64,000 nucleotides of DNA from Mobula hypostoma (lineage: Eukaryota). The notes beneath the pieces are model-generated. The model was not told where the DNA came from and ran no database searches. It saw only the letters and a list, made by a program, of their open reading frames with translations. The stretch is from NCBI RefSeq assembly GCF_963921235.1, contig NC_086108.1:33978001-34042000 (forward strand), written 5' to 3'. A program made the translations under genes and the position numbers. Numbering within the stretch: position 1 is the stretch's first letter; each line of letters begins with the position of its first letter. Of this stretch, positions 23,082 through 36,690 are shown piece after piece.

Positions 23082-25494
23082 TCAATGTGATCCTTGAGCT
23101 TGATGGCTTTTAGCAAGAGTTGAAGATCTGGGTCAAGTTATGACAGCAAAAGTATGACGTCCCCAGGCGTAACAATGTCCAAATGGTTTCTGTTTTTTGT
23201 GAGTATGCGGTTCACTGCACTGAAGCCTCTTTCAACAAGGTAGCAGGATGGAAATGCAATGAAAAGCAGTTTGGCTCTTCTCCAAAGACCAGGATTCTTC
23301 GTTTGACAGTTTAGCCACATACCATAAAAGCCAACATTTTTGAGAAGCATTTTTGCTTCTTCATCATTCTGAATTTCGATCATTTCTTATGGCAAGCTCT
23401 CTTCCTGTTCTTCCACCCTTCGAAGAAATGGGTTAATTACCCGGTCTGGAATTTCCAGTTTGTTCAAATTCTTGAATCATTTCTGAAAATCCTTCTTCAG
23501 TGACTGAAGGTGTAAGCTGTACTCTTGCAAATCACTATCTGTGAAAGGGAGTGCCATATTTTCCATGCAGGGAAACTGTGAGAACATTCTTCTCCCAATG
23601 CTTTGCTTATATATTTCCAATTTTCTGATAAAAGTGGACACTGCACTTATTGCATGAATTAAATTGAAATTCTCTCCCTGCAGTTTCATATTTAGGATGT
23701 TTATTTTGTCATACATTTGGTTAGGTATGCCACATCTCCACATAGAAGTTCAATCTTGTTTCACAAGCTCTTGTTGACAGTGTCAAAAGATCAAAGAAAC
23801 ATTTTAAGCAGTAGCCTTTTGGCATTCCCAGTCAACACTGCCTTTTGACAGTGTGTTTTTCAGTGTGAAGAAGCAAGCGTTCAAAATCTTCATTGTTATC
23901 TTGGCATAAATGGCGAAATAGGCTGTAATTTAATGGATGAGCTTTAATTTTGTTGATAGCAGATATTACAAGAGTCATGCTTCAAAAGAGTTGCTGGGTG
24001 AGGTTATTGACTGCGAGATGTTGATGATGAATTACACAATGGATTGCAAACAGACTTGGAATTTCTTTATTCATAAATGCCACTAAACCAGTATGGTGAC
24101 CTGTCATACAGTATATGGTGCTCCTTCTGTTGCACAAGAAATCATGTTCCTAACCAAAATACTTTTATCCTCAATATACGTTTGAGCTTGTCATAGATTG
24201 ATTTTCTGTTGGTATTTGTTTTAACTTTCTACAAAAAAGAACCTCTTCATAAACTTGTCCATTTTTGATAAACAGTACATATGCCCTCAACAATGCGTTG
24301 TTGTCTCACACTGTTGACTCATTCAATTGTACTCCAAATTCTGTCTTTTGTAGCTTTGTGTGTAGTTGATACTCAATGTCTTCATTCATTTCGTCAATAT
24401 GATGAGCTGCAGAGTTACGAGTCAGAGGAATTGATCTTAAAATACAGTACTGGTATCCGTTTTGACAACAGCAGTGAGCACTTTTGATAAGGCAGGCATT
24501 ATTAATCTTTCACCAATTGTATGAAATTTTCCACACTTTGCTTTTGTAACTCTCACTTCGGCTAGCGGCTTAATATAGGGGATGATAGCTCCTGGCTCGG
24601 CCGAACTTAAGAAATCTCGTTTAGGTGGATGCTGAGTGATGTGTCCCCTGGTACAAATCAGTACCCCAAAATAACATACAGTACACAATATGCAATTAAA
24701 CAATTGAGCTTTATAATTCTTACTTTGACTACAGTATATGGTTAGTAAAGAAAACAAAAAAACAGAAAAAGGGCCCATTCTCATGAAACAGTCTAATGTG
24801 CAATGTTGGAGCTCACTGATAAGCCGATGGTCCACCATCGACCTCCTCCGATCATCACTGACCTTCGGACCCTCGCTCCAAGTCCACTCCGTCCAGCGGT
24901 CTACCAACTCTGTCCATTTGCAATTTCTCTCCTCATCTCTCCCCAGCAAAAAACCGCAAAAATCTCTCTTCCAGACTCACGAGAAAGAACATTTCTCCCC
25001 TTGGATAGCCCCAGCATTCCAAACCCCGTTATCTCTAGTCATAACCTAAAAATTACTGCTACAGAGAAACCATTACATTAGCAGTGAAACCTTACAGCAT
25101 GTTACACTATCATTTTGGAAATGTTATAAGAAGACATGAGATCACTAACAAGATCATTTTTAGCTTTCTTGGCAAATTACTGGAGTGTGCAATGCTTTTC
25201 AAATGCTTCTTTCATCTTCTGGAACTGAGTAATACAATAAGTAACCTTTTCAAGAGGTCTTTTACCAAAGTGTTCCTGCAGTATTGATGGGTTCATGGCT
25301 TCATTAGACAGTAAAGTATTACAAACAAGACACATGGGGCATCGCTGATCTGACAGGAGCTGGGATAAAACCATACACAGGTATGGAATACTGTATTGAC
25401 ACACTTTCTGTGGTTTCTGTTTCTTAGCAGGATTAGAATTCAGGGCTTCACTGCCTTCAGACTCTTAGAGGTTGCACTGTACATATCTATCCAT
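23082..25494 (-). pseudogene. hAT transposase, Buster/Charlie type, decayed
   Basis: Starts MDRY; BED finger CLVC..LSNEAMNPS..EH; dimerisation motif FPSCYLVERGFS; ends QAQGSH*. A possible terminal CAGTG lies at 26299. Confidence 0.88.
24545..25106. mobile_element. Solo LTR inserted into the hAT transposase
   Basis: tgtaac...gttaca termini; flanks cttt/ctat (3 of 4 match); removing it rejoins SKMIAKCGK. Confidence 0.8.
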
Positions 25495-25649
25495 CATTAA
25501 TGGGGCTAAATTAAAACAAATTTAACTCAGACTGGGAATGCCAATTGGATGTTGATGATGGAGTGAGTTGACACAGTCTCATGCCTCCAGTTGGTGTGCC
25601 ACTTACTGTACCCCACCCCCCAGAATCTTGAATGCCCCCCCCGCAAATG

Positions 25650-26260
25650 ACTTTTATTTCCCCAACTTTATATTTTATACTTTATTGTTGCCAAACAATT
25701 GGTACTAGAACGTACTATCATCACAGCAATATTTGATTCTGCGCTTCACACTCCCAGGATTACAAATATTAAATATTAAAAATATTAAAAATAGTTAAAA
25801 ATTAGTAAATATTAAAAATTAAATTATAAATCATAAATAGAAAATAGAAAAATGGGAAGTAAGGTAGTGCAAAAAATCTGAGAGGTAGGTCCAGATATTT
25901 GGAGGATACGGCCCAGATCTGGGTCAGGACCCATTCAGCAGTCTTATCACAGTTGGAAAGAAGCTGTTCCCAAATCTGGCCATACGAACCTTCAAGCTCC
26001 TGAACCTTCTCCAGGAGGGAAGAGGGACAAAAAGTGTGTTGGCTGGGTGGGTCGTGTCCTTGATTATCCTGGCAGCACTGCTCCAACAGCGTGCGGTGTA
26101 AAGTGAGTCCACGGACGGAAGATTGGTTTGTGTGATGTCCTGCGCCGTGTTCACGATCTTCTGCAGCTTCTTTCGGTCTTGGACAGGACAACTTCCATAC
26201 CAGGTTGTGATGCACCCTAGAAGAATTCTTTCTATGGTGCATCTATAAAAATTAGTGAGG
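25650..26260 (-). mobile_element. Rex1-like LINE 3' fragment
   Basis: IIKDTTHPANTLF..RFGNSFFPTVIRLLN plus an AT-rich tail. Confidence 0.8.
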
Positions 26261-26769
26261 TTCCCTTAGGACACATAACCGCCCAACTAGGAATCACTGC
26301 CTTAACCCAATATGACCTCCCGAGATATATCACCTCACACTTATGAAGAATAAATTCCATCTGTCAATCCTCCATCTAATTTGGTTGAATCATTCCTGCT
26401 CCTGTTTCTCCTGATCTGCTGTAGCCTTAGACAACTTTTCTTGCTCTCCACAGCACCACCAATTTGTGTGTCACCCACAAATTTATCACTCTTCTTCCGT
26501 TCACATCTAGGTCATTGACATAGTTCAAGAAGGTAAGGGTCACAACACCAATCCCTGTTGTACACCATTAGTTACAGACTTCCAACTAGATGAACATCCT
26601 TCTACTGTTACCCCCCCCCCCGCCCCCAGGACAACACTTCAACTGATGCAAGGTTTTGTCTTTCAGCTCATTTAATATTTTTAAAATCTGAATCTATACT
26701 GAACATGCAGGTTAACACAGCATAGTTTCACAGTTTTGTCAAAAATTTGGCATTACTAGAGTGAAAATG

Positions 26770-27660
26770 TAGTTTTTCTGCTCTGTTTGTGCTTTGGAGT
26801 CATGGCTGAGTTGGCCCTGCTTCTGTTCTGCTGAATCTGAGGTGAGGTCAATATGGGATCTGCAATCTCTGCTGAAAGTGGGGCTGAAGATGCTTGAGCA
26901 GGTAGTTTGTAAGGCTGTTTATACTGGACTTCTATTCTGACAAGAGTCTCTGCATTCTTGCTGTTGTCCCAAAAGCTGCTTCTCTGCTTTGAGTGGCTCT
27001 GGGTCAATGATTCCTGTAAGTCCACAGGTATGTCACACTTTCTCTAGGAGGTCTTGAGTGCTTCCTTGAATCTTTTCCTCTATCCACTGGTAACCTGTCC
27101 CAGTGACAAAGGTTGGATTAGTGTAACTGTTTTGGGAGCCTGGTGTTGGGCATATCAATAAGGTGGTCTGCCTGTCAGAAAAACCTAATATAGTTAGAGC
27201 TTTCATGTTGATAGTGAGAGGACACTAATGATGATTCCACCTTCCTGCAAATTGACTTGGAGCATTTTGTGCAGATTGCTAAGTATTTGCTGTAGGATGT
27301 CCGTGTCTTACAGGTGCATGAGAGGGCATGAGATTTGTGCAGGGTTTGAGGTCTTGATCTTCAAATACTTTTCTCAGATAAACCAAGAAGTATGTTGGTA
27401 GAATTGAGGTGATAATATATTTCATCATTTTTGTATTCCTTCATTAAGAGGTGGTGCCTGTAGGAAGCAGTCCACATTTCCAGTGTCCCAGCATCATGTC
27501 AAGAATCATAATAGTTAGTCAGGGGCTACTGATGTGCAGCAGTGGCAGGGTAGTGAAGAACCTTTGCTTAAGAATGTTGAGTGTAAGACCTGTGCTCCCC
27601 ATGCCTTAGTGGATGAATTGACAATGATGTGGAACTCACCCTCTTAATGTGAGCATGCTG
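26770..27660 (-). mobile_element. Highly decayed LINE fragment, possibly RTE
   Basis: Weak resemblance to an RTE-type ORF2 C-terminus; no intact motif. Confidence 0.4.
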
Positions 27661-28789
27661 TAGTTCAGTAGCACATGTAAAAATTACCTTGATTTTTGAA
27701 TGGAGGCAAAATATACAGAACAGTTTTATGCTTGTTCTGTAGACTAGCTCTACTCCAGCAGGAAGATGTTTGGAAATAAGATCTAGCACTATGGCAAGAA
27801 AGACTGAGAGAAGTATTGGCTCAACAATTCAACTTCAGAATGCATGGGGACTGAGTCTGTTGTGGAATTGATGGTCAAGATCATGGCTTGATCAATCCAT
27901 GGACCCTCACAACTGGCAGAGTCAAATTTATGGTCTTTATTTGAAATAATGAATTACTGAAGCAATTTATAACTGTATTTTGATAACTATACAACTATAC
28001 TTTTGCCTTTAATACTAACAGCAGAAGTGGTTAGTGATTGTTCCCTCCTTAAGTATAAATAAGGCACATTGTAAAAACTCCACATTCCAGCCTTGATAGG
28101 TAATTATAGACCCACAGCTTATTTCAACCAAACACAAATTTTGTAAAATAAAAATTATTATGGTAAAGACAATATAGAATAAATCTAAATCTAACTTATC
28201 AGTATATTTGCAGTTTGTTGATTTATCGATTGAAATTTTAGATTGAAATAACTATTAAATCAGATTGCAACATCAATATTAAGAGCTTCAAAAACAAATC
28301 TAATTAAAAATCAGTTCTTGTACTCCTATTAGCTAACAACATAGTTGTCCCATTAAAATTGAATTGAATCTGCCATAATGATTATTTGTTTAATTTGTCT
28401 ACCTTTGACAAACACTTGGTAAAGCATTCAAGCCAATTTTTAAATTATAGTGATTCTACATCACGTCTTACGGGATCATTATGCAAATATGGCAGAAGAG
28501 TGTACTATTAGTCCCCAAGGCTAGATTAATATAGGGTTTAATTCACGGCAAGGAAGTTTGTGAATTTTAATTTAACTAATGAAATAGATATTGAATAAAG
28601 TTCAGTAAATATAGCCTTAAAGATGTTGAATTACCATAAATTATAATTATCTAAAATTTCCATAAAATCACAATGTTTATATAAACTATGTGATACAGAT
28701 TCAATTAAAAATATTCTTAATGGAACTAGGTGTCCACGAATTCTACTTATCCTCCCCCTTTGTATTCTCCATTAACTTAAAATATTAAC

Positions 28790-29850
28790 AGCAGTATCCA
28801 ACAGAATGCTATGCTGACTTGGACATCATTTCTGCAAGCTCTTTGAGGACTGGTTGAAAGGGTCATACCTGAGTAGACTGAGAAACTTCTTCAGATCTGA
28901 CTTCAGGTTGAAGTGATTGTTCTTTATAGACATGACTATTTCCCCTTGTGCTGGGTGTGATTCCAATAAATAGAGGATTGTCTCTGATTCCCATTGAATT
29001 AGGTTTTATCTATTGCCATAGGTGGACAACTGGTGCCTTTACATAAGGGGCAATTACTCTCATCTCACCTCTGAAATTCATCTCCTTTGATCAGTACTGG
29101 ACCAAAACTATAACGAGTCTATATTATGTGGTCAAACCCAGTTGAATATCATTTATTAGTAAGGAGCTATTGTTTATTGATGATGACTGAGAGTAGATCA
29201 ATGTGGCACTAATTGACTGCATTGAAAGAGGATATATCGGCCAGTTTTGGCTTTGGTGTGTAGATAGTTTGTAGTATTGTATCTGAAATGGAATAACTTT
29301 GCTAGAAGCACAATGAAAATAATCAACCAGAAACACAACTTGTTCAATCATGACTACCTATAGCCTCTTACACCACATAAAAGGCATTCCAGAGTGGAGA
29401 GAGTACTCTTCATGGTTAGATGGTCCAACATCAACAACACTCAAGAGGGTCATTTGTAATCAGACCAAAAGAACTGCATGATTATCACCCTAGCCTTCAT
29501 TCTAAACATTCACTTCTTCCAGCTCAGATGTATTGTACCATCTACAGAATGGACTGTGTTAAGACACCGAGGCTTCTTTAAAAGCAGCTCTGAAGCATGT
29601 GACCTCTATCTCTTGGGAGGACAAGAGAAACATATACATGGGGAAACAACCATTTTCATGTGTTTTTCTTGTGACAGATTACCCTAACCCGGAAATATAT
29701 CACTGCTTCTCCATTGTAACTGGGTGACCTTAAGCACCATAGACGTACATTCCATTTACAAACAATGGGTTTTCTGGAAAGTTGCGCCTTTTTATTCTCT
29801 CTAGCACAGTTACACATGGACAATAAATACTGGCCTTGATGATGATGAGA
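28790..29850. mobile_element. Old CR1/L2-group LINE fragments (28790-29100 minus; 29375-29850 plus)
   Basis: Decayed RT-region and 3'-end sequence of a common LINE type. Confidence 0.5.
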
Positions 29851-30289
29851 AGGTCTTTTATTAAACACAAAAAATGTAATTTCAGTAATAAAGTGAATAA
29901 ACAGAAATATTCACCTTCAAATTCTGTTAAATTTGTGTTTTTAACATTCCCACATAATAAACTACTTATAGAAACACCCAGTTTGACAATAGATTATGAC
30001 ATTTACATGACATAGACACCTGGCATTCACTTTACTTTCATTTATATTAATGTACATACCTTCTTAGGCATCCACGACATAAAAATGACTTGCTTACATT
30101 GAGGTTTTGTGCATCTGAAGATGCTGATAAGGCCAGATGGAGTAGAAGGTAGATGACAGGACAGTCAGGATGATAGTTTTGAGAGATTGTGTGCTCTGTC
30201 CATAACTTACTCAGGGCTTTTGTGAATTGAGATTTTCAATATCCCTGTCTTCTTGTTGAATATCAACATTGCCAAGGTTGTTTTATTAC

Positions 30290-31115
30290 TTTTGACTCGC
30301 ACCAGTTTTTATCGCTGGACCATAGGAAGCATCCTATTTGAATGCACCACAGCTTGGTATGGCAACTGCAATGCCCGAGATTGCAAGAAGCTGTTGTGGG
30401 TTGTGCACTCACACCCAATCCGTGGATTCTGTCTACACATCTTGCTGCCTTGTTCAAGTAGCCAACGTAATTAAAGATGTACTCACTCTGGACATTCACC
30501 CTTCTCTCCGTGCCCCCTCCCACCACTTCCATTGGCCGAAGTTAAAAAAAACCTTAAAACATATACCACTAAACTCAAGGACAGCTTCTATCCCATTGTT
30601 ATAAGACTATTGAACGGTGTGATAAGGTGGACTCTTAACCTCACAATCTACCCCCGTATGACCTTAGACCCTACTACTCACTTGCTGTCATGGTCCCGAC
30701 TGAACAGCGGCAGGCATCCAAATTTCAGCACTCAAATTCCCTAGCGTATGGCTAGCTACCACTGTCCCTTTAAATTTCAGACTGCCATTTATTGCCTGTA
30801 ACATTCCTTCATGGTAATTCTGTATATGAAGGCCTTGTGTTGAGTACTCAGTGCTCAGTCATAGGAATTCCATTTTTAGTGTCACGTGTTGAGTCCAAGC
30901 TTGAGCCCAAACTCTGTGTTTGGGTTCACTACCATCCAAACTTCCCTTGTTACACCTGCATTGCACATTCTCTATATCTGTAACTCTTTATACTCTCTGT
31001 TGTTGCTTTTCCCTTTTACTACCTCAATGCACTGATGCGATGAAATGATCTGTATAGACAGCAAGCAAAACAGATTTTTGATTGTACATCAATAATAAAC
31101 TAGTTTACCAATTTA
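30290..31115 (+). mobile_element. Rex1-like 3' fragment interrupted by a solo LTR
   Basis: TAWYGNCNARDCKKL and LKDSFYPIVIRLLNG translations; the tail resumes after 30954. Confidence 0.75.
30686..30954 (+). mobile_element. Short solo LTR (269 bp)
   Basis: tgtcatgg...tgttaca termini; TSD cttgc/cctgc. Confidence 0.7.
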
Positions 31116-31289
31116 CACATTGAACAATTGATAAATAATTAAACCACAAGTAAACAAGCTGAAGGCACATTTTTAATTAAGTTTCATAACCCCATTCAGA
31201 TGAATGGAGCTATGTTAGATGTGTCAGGTTTGGCCAGAATATTTTACACTTAGTTTCCTCATGCAAATGATCATGAACAACCAGGACAT

Positions 31290-31745
31290 AAAACACCAGC
31301 ACCAAACCCTGTGGTATTTTCCTAGTCTTGGCCTCCCAACTTGAAAGTAGTTTGATTATTCCTATTTTTTTTCTGTCTATTTAGCTATCCTCAATCCATG
31401 CAAGTAATGAACCCTCAAGCACTGTACATCAGAGATACTCCTGTTCAATATTTTCTTGTGTGGTACGTATTAAAGCCTTTCAGGAAGTCTAAATATATCA
31501 CATGCACTTAAACTGATCTCTTGTAATCTCAGAATAAAAAGATTCATAAAGCATTGTTTTCCTTTCATAAATCCATGTTGACTCTACCTAATCCTATTAC
31601 TTCTTTCAAAGACCCCTGCTATCAAGTCTTTATAAATGATTTTATCTCATTTCCTATTTCTAATACCAGACTAACTAATTACCCAGTTTCTATGTCCTCT
31701 CTTAAAAAGTGGAGTTATATTTGCTGTCATCCAGTCTGTGGGAAC
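31290..31745 (-). mobile_element. Old CR1 RT fragment
   Basis: Decayed DIFRLPEGF / gatttatgaaagg (FMKG-like) region. Confidence 0.55.
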
Positions 31746-32540
31746 TGATATAATATCTGCAGAAAGGACAGCAGATTGCTTCCCTAAAGAGCAGTAGTGA
31801 ATCAGATGGGTTTTCATGACAATTCAGTGGTTTCATGGTTTTGGTTACTGTACTATTTTAATTCCAAATTTATTTAATTGTTCAAAGTTAAAATCCCTAG
31901 CTACCTCTGTGGGATTCAATTTCATGTCTCTGTTTCAATGGTCCAGAACGTTGGCAGCTAGTCCAGTAAATTAACCTATGCTTTAGCATAGCAACTTCAG
32001 GGAAGACACGAAAGCTGCAAAAGACATTTAATATTATACTGCAGGAACAGACATCTATAGTGCTGTGACTCACATACTCATTGTCACCGTTTCCTTCCAT
32101 CCCTCTTGCACAGGTTACGTTTTCTCTCATTTTATTAATTAGTGTCTACTCCAGCAACCACTTCTTTTATCAAAAAGATTGTTTCTCCTTTCTTTAAGAT
32201 ATTGTCCACTTAGTTATTTCCACCAGCCCTTCAAAGCTTACTAAAATTTTTAGCAGATCTTCTTTCAAAAACTTTGGGAGCTATTGGTTTTTATGAATAT
32301 TTGCACTCAATCTATTAATTTGATGGAGTAAGGTGGGAGGAACTGAGGTAGATTGTTTAGGATAGTTTCTAGAGCATTGATACATATTTTATCTGGTGGG
32401 CTTGATCGAAAATCCTGATAAAATCAAGATTAGTACAACATGGAAATACGCCCTTCAGCTCAACTCACCCATGATATAGTGATATGAAGCTAGTCCCATT
32501 TGTCTGTGTTTGGCCCATATCCTTCCAAACCAGAGGTTCC

Positions 32541-34532
32541 TGTTCGAGAGTATTCTGGAGTTAGGGTATATAGCAAATAGTAATTTCACCAGCAACCAAT
32601 CTTCAGACCTGTCATGGTCCGGATCGGGGTCCCTTTAAATTTAGCTTGTTTATATTACGATCCGGACCATTGATTCCCTGTTTTCCCATTTCCCTCGACT
32701 TTGGTGATTAGAGGCAATTAACACTCAGCTGAACCAGTAGTTTATAGTCTCCGGCTTTCAGCCGTTCGGTGCGGGAGCATCTGCAAAGTCACGGCGTGCC
32801 AATGTCATCTGGCCGGAGCAAGCCTTGTCTCCGCCCGAAGCAAGCACCGGTAATTCGCCTTTCCTCACCGGAGCAACCCTGTCCAGTTGCCTCGCTGAAG
32901 CGAGCCTGCAAAGTTTCCTCACTGAGGTGGGTCCGTCAGTTAACCCGCCGGAGAGAATCAAGAGCCGCTGTCTACTGTTCCCAGGCCGAGTCGAGAGCTC
33001 GGCACTACCCGGAGGCTCCAAGCACCATGTCCTGGCTCCAGCAGCATCCAAATACCACGTCCACGTCCTGGCTCCGGCGGCATCCAAGTACCACGTCCAA
33101 GTCCTGGCTCCGGCAGCATCCAAGTACCATGTCAAGTTCTGGCCCTGGCGGCATTCAAGTACCACGTCCAAGTCCTGGCTCCAGCGGCGTTCAAGTACCA
33201 TGTCAAGTCCTGGCCCTGGCGGCTTCCCAGTTCTGAGTCAAATCCTGGCCCTGGCGGTCTGTGATTCCTGTCCTACCCCCTTGTCTGAATCCCTTCTCTG
33301 CCCCTCTCGCCTCTAGCCCTCCTCTGCAGCCCCCACCTGCACTTCGGTCTAGTTCCATCTCCGGAGCTAGATAGGTACTGTCTGGTGTTCATTTGTGTTG
33401 GTCTAGTCTTGTCTTGTCCTCGCCTCCATGGGGTAAGTCTGGTCGTCTTGCCGTTGCCCCGTGAGGAGTCATGTCTTGTCCTGTCCTCTCCTCCGTGGGG
33501 TAAGTCAGGCCGTCTTGCCGTTGCCCCGCAGAGGGTCATGAGTCCCGGCCCTATGTCCTGTACCCAAGGAGGGATCCCGGCTCTCTGTTCTGTGTGCGAG
33601 TCCCGGCCCTATGTCCTGTACCCAAGGAGGGGTCTCGGCTCTCTGTTCTGTGTGCGAGTCCCGGCCCTATGTCCTGTACCCAAGGAGGGGTCCCGGCTCG
33701 CTGTTCTGTGTGTGAGTCCCGGCCCTATGTCCTGTACCCAAGGAGGGGTCCCCGCTCTCTGTTCTGTGTATGTGTCCATGGTTCCATGTACCTGCTCTCC
33801 CGAGACCAAGGCTCTGTTTTCCATGTTCCTCCTCTCCCTAGCCCATGTCATGTCCATGCCTGGTTCTGGGGTCCAAGCCTGAGGCAAGACCCAGGTACTG
33901 GGTCCTTGCCCAGTCTCGGGCTCGAAGTCCATATCCTAGCCTCTTCATGTCTCCTATAGTTCTGGGAGCCGATTCCGAGTCCTAGCCCAGATCCTTGGTC
34001 CTAGCCTAGTTGTAGTCCTCAGTCCTTGTCCAGTTCGCTACCCCTGCTCCTGCCTAGCTCTCCTGATATTGAACAATAAACTAAATTTAATTTACCTCAC
34101 AAGATGCGTCTTGCATTTGGGTCCACCCTTGCTCCCAATGCCCCGCCATTGTGACAGGACCTGAACGTGGATTGTAGATTGAATTTAAAATGCAGTCCTG
34201 AACAATGTTTTTCCTGGAGCTGCAGACTGGAGTTGATTGCAAACCAGACAATGCTGATTAACATTCATTTTGGGTTCTGGCATGTTGGTGTGAAGATGAA
34301 GATGTTTGAAAACTATATGTAATTTGAAGGAGACATTGTAGATACATTGTAACTATAGAATTGTCCTGCTGTTACCTTTGATCCTTAGCATATAAAATGT
34401 CATGTAATATTGGGTCGAGCAGGCCTCTGTTTCCAAGAGTATCTCCGTATGATGCCTGTTGCTCGTTTTTGTTGAATAAAACACTTCTCTGTCCACTGGC
34501 TTCAGTGTCTCTCTGGTGACTTGTTCATGTCA
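32541..34532 (+). mobile_element. Solo LTR (outer), interrupted
   Basis: Starts TGTT; TATAAAA at 34391; AATAAA at ~34475; ends CA. Confidence 0.6.
32610..34156 (+). mobile_element. Long solo LTR-like element with internal minisatellites
   Basis: tgtca...tgaca termini, TSD agacc/ggacc, AATAAA at 34075; 35-36-bp repeats at 33020-33255 and four 58-bp repeats at 33540-33771. Confidence 0.8.
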
Positions 34533-35860
34533 TGGACCCATACAATCAACTGCGGAGTCCGTGGGCCACATGTTGGGAACCCCTGATAAGCCCTCCCTAT
34601 CTATGCACTTATTCAAATGTCGTTTGAATTAGTTACTGTACTTGCCACAACCTTTCCTCTGGAAGCTCATTCTTTAAACATACCTTATTGTGCATGAAAT
34701 AGTTTCCCCTCAGGTCCTTTTGAAATCTTTCACCTCTCACCTTAAACCCATGCCCTCTAGCTTTTAGTTCCCCTTCCTGGGAAAAAGACTATGTGCGGTT
34801 GTCCTAGCTATACCCCTCGTGATATTAGACACAAGGCCTACTGCAGTGGGATAAGGCTAAATTTAGCCAGTTCTGGAAAGAAAAATCAATTAACTGTAAG
34901 GAAAGGATGAAATTCATTTCAAATCCATTTCCTAAGCAGTCCTAAACCTATGGTCCCTACAATAATCAAGTCAAGGGTGCCAGTGCATGGGAACACCACC
35001 ATAGGCAGATCGTCGACCAAATTGTCCACCTTCCTACCTAGAAACATATCACCAGTTCTTCATGAAGTTGGTTTTAAATACTGGAACTCATTGTCCAGCA
35101 GCTATGTGGGCATACCTTCATCTGAAGGATCACAGTAGTTCAAGAAAGCAGTTAATTCCCATTTTCTTGGGGGCAGTTAGGGGTGAGCAATACGTGCTGA
35201 CCTCACCAACAATATGCAGAACCCATGCAATGAGAAGAAGTAGTCCCTGAGCAGACCGCTGACCAGGTGGGTGCTGGGGGCTGGTCAGCATTGTCTGGCC
35301 AGTGAACCCTTACAGTCCAGGATTATAAGCCACATCTTGAGCAAGATGTAGCAGCTATAAGAAATATAATTTAATGGCTGCTATAGTATAATGACCTGCA
35401 GTAGAGGAAGTAGATACAACCTGGCATAAGAGCATGACAAATTCTAGCAGCTTTCTCCATGAGGGTGGCTATGGTGACCAAGATGCAGATAACGATGCAC
35501 TGATACAAGAGCAAATGGAGTTTGACAGCACTCTGTACAACTGGGAATTGGAAGCCTGGGCTGAAGAGTAAGCCAAGATAATCAAGTAATAAATAAATCT
35601 GCAATTAAAGCATGTATCAGCAACAAAGATCATGTTGCAAAATCCCATCTACTTCACGAAATCTGGTACCTGCAAATGTTTCATGGTCCGGCCTAAATGT
35701 GACTCTAGACTCACTCACTAACATGATTGACTCTAGCCTTTCTTCTCAGCTTGAGGGCAGTCAGGAATGGACAACAAATCTCTGCATCCTATGAGCATGT
35801 AAATAAGAAATAAAGGAAGGTAGGAAAATAGCCATGAACGTGAGTTTAATATCTCTAGAA

Positions 35861-35935
35861 CAAGGGTTTTCAACCTGGGGTCCATGAAACCCTTGGTTAA
35901 TGGTAGGGATCCATAAAATAAGGTTGGAAACTCCT
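35861..35935. mobile_element. Short hAT-type MITE
   Basis: gggttttcaacct...aggttggaaactc inverted termini; tagaa in both flanks. Confidence 0.6.
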
Positions 35936-36349
35936 ATTTTAGAATATGTAAATAGAAGGAACATAAAGAGCATGCTAAGGGCATGCTGTGGGAATCCTGG
36001 ATTTACAGTGAAGTCTGTTTGACCAGGAAAACTGGAAATATGTTCATTTCACTGAAGGTCATCAAGTGAAGCCAGAGCTGACATTATAAATAAAAAAAAA
36101 TCCCCGGATAGAAGGTTTCGCTTTCAGATGTGGCTACAGAGGACCTATGAGATTGAGAAACAGATCTGCAAAGCAAAGTAACAAGTTGGTCAGAGAATCC
36201 AACCAAGGTAACATATCCAGAGAAAAAGGCTTCTGATTATGGGACCAGTAGAAGATAATCCATTATGAGTAGCCAAAGCCAATGCAAAGCAGACTTTTCT
36301 GAGTTTGAAAGCAGGAGAAGAAAGATATTCCATTATGTCATATTTCTCC

Positions 36350-36690
36350 CAACATAGAAGAGGGCCATTTTGATCATCTAGCTTATGTTAATTATCAGAA
36401 CTATCCCAGTAGTCACATTCCCTCACTTGTTTCCCCGCATCCTGTTTTTCTCACATGCCTATCGATTCCATCTGTATTTTCCTATTGCCCATCTATACCA
36501 TGTGCAATTTACAAATGCCAATTAACCTGAAACAATAGACATACCTTAAGAACATGGGAAGACTCTAGAGCACCAGAGAAAACCTACACAGCCATGGGAA
36601 GAGCATACAAACTATATGCAGAGAGCTCCTGAGCTTGGAATCAAGAATAACACAGAAGAGCTACCTGTTGTACCACCATCCAGTATTGAC
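36350..36690 (-). mobile_element. Decayed V-SINE/HE1-like SINE
   Basis: Similar to 20065-20330. Confidence 0.55.

Larger units (their letters stand above)
32531..34585. mobile_element. hAT-type MITE split by LTRs
   Basis: TIRs cagaggttcc / gggaacccctg; similar to the intact MITE at 35861-35935. Confidence 0.7.
32430..34820 (-). mobile_element. CR1 3' fragment hosting nested insertions
   Basis: CR1 3' UTR at 32430-32530 resumes at 34586. Confidence 0.65.

Noticed and set aside
28868..28990. Minus-strand exon candidate ending CAG|GTATG
   Set aside because: The sequence resembles a decayed LINE RT region.
30060..30235. Minus-strand open stretch resembling a signal-peptide exon with an AG|GTATGT donor
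   Set aside because: No in-frame ATG or convincing acceptor, and no recognisable homology.
32758..33959. Overlapping repetitive ORFs, and a possible CRISPR-like array
   Set aside because: These are products of GC-rich tandem repeats inside an LTR; the units are contiguous with no unique spacers, and the context is eukaryotic.
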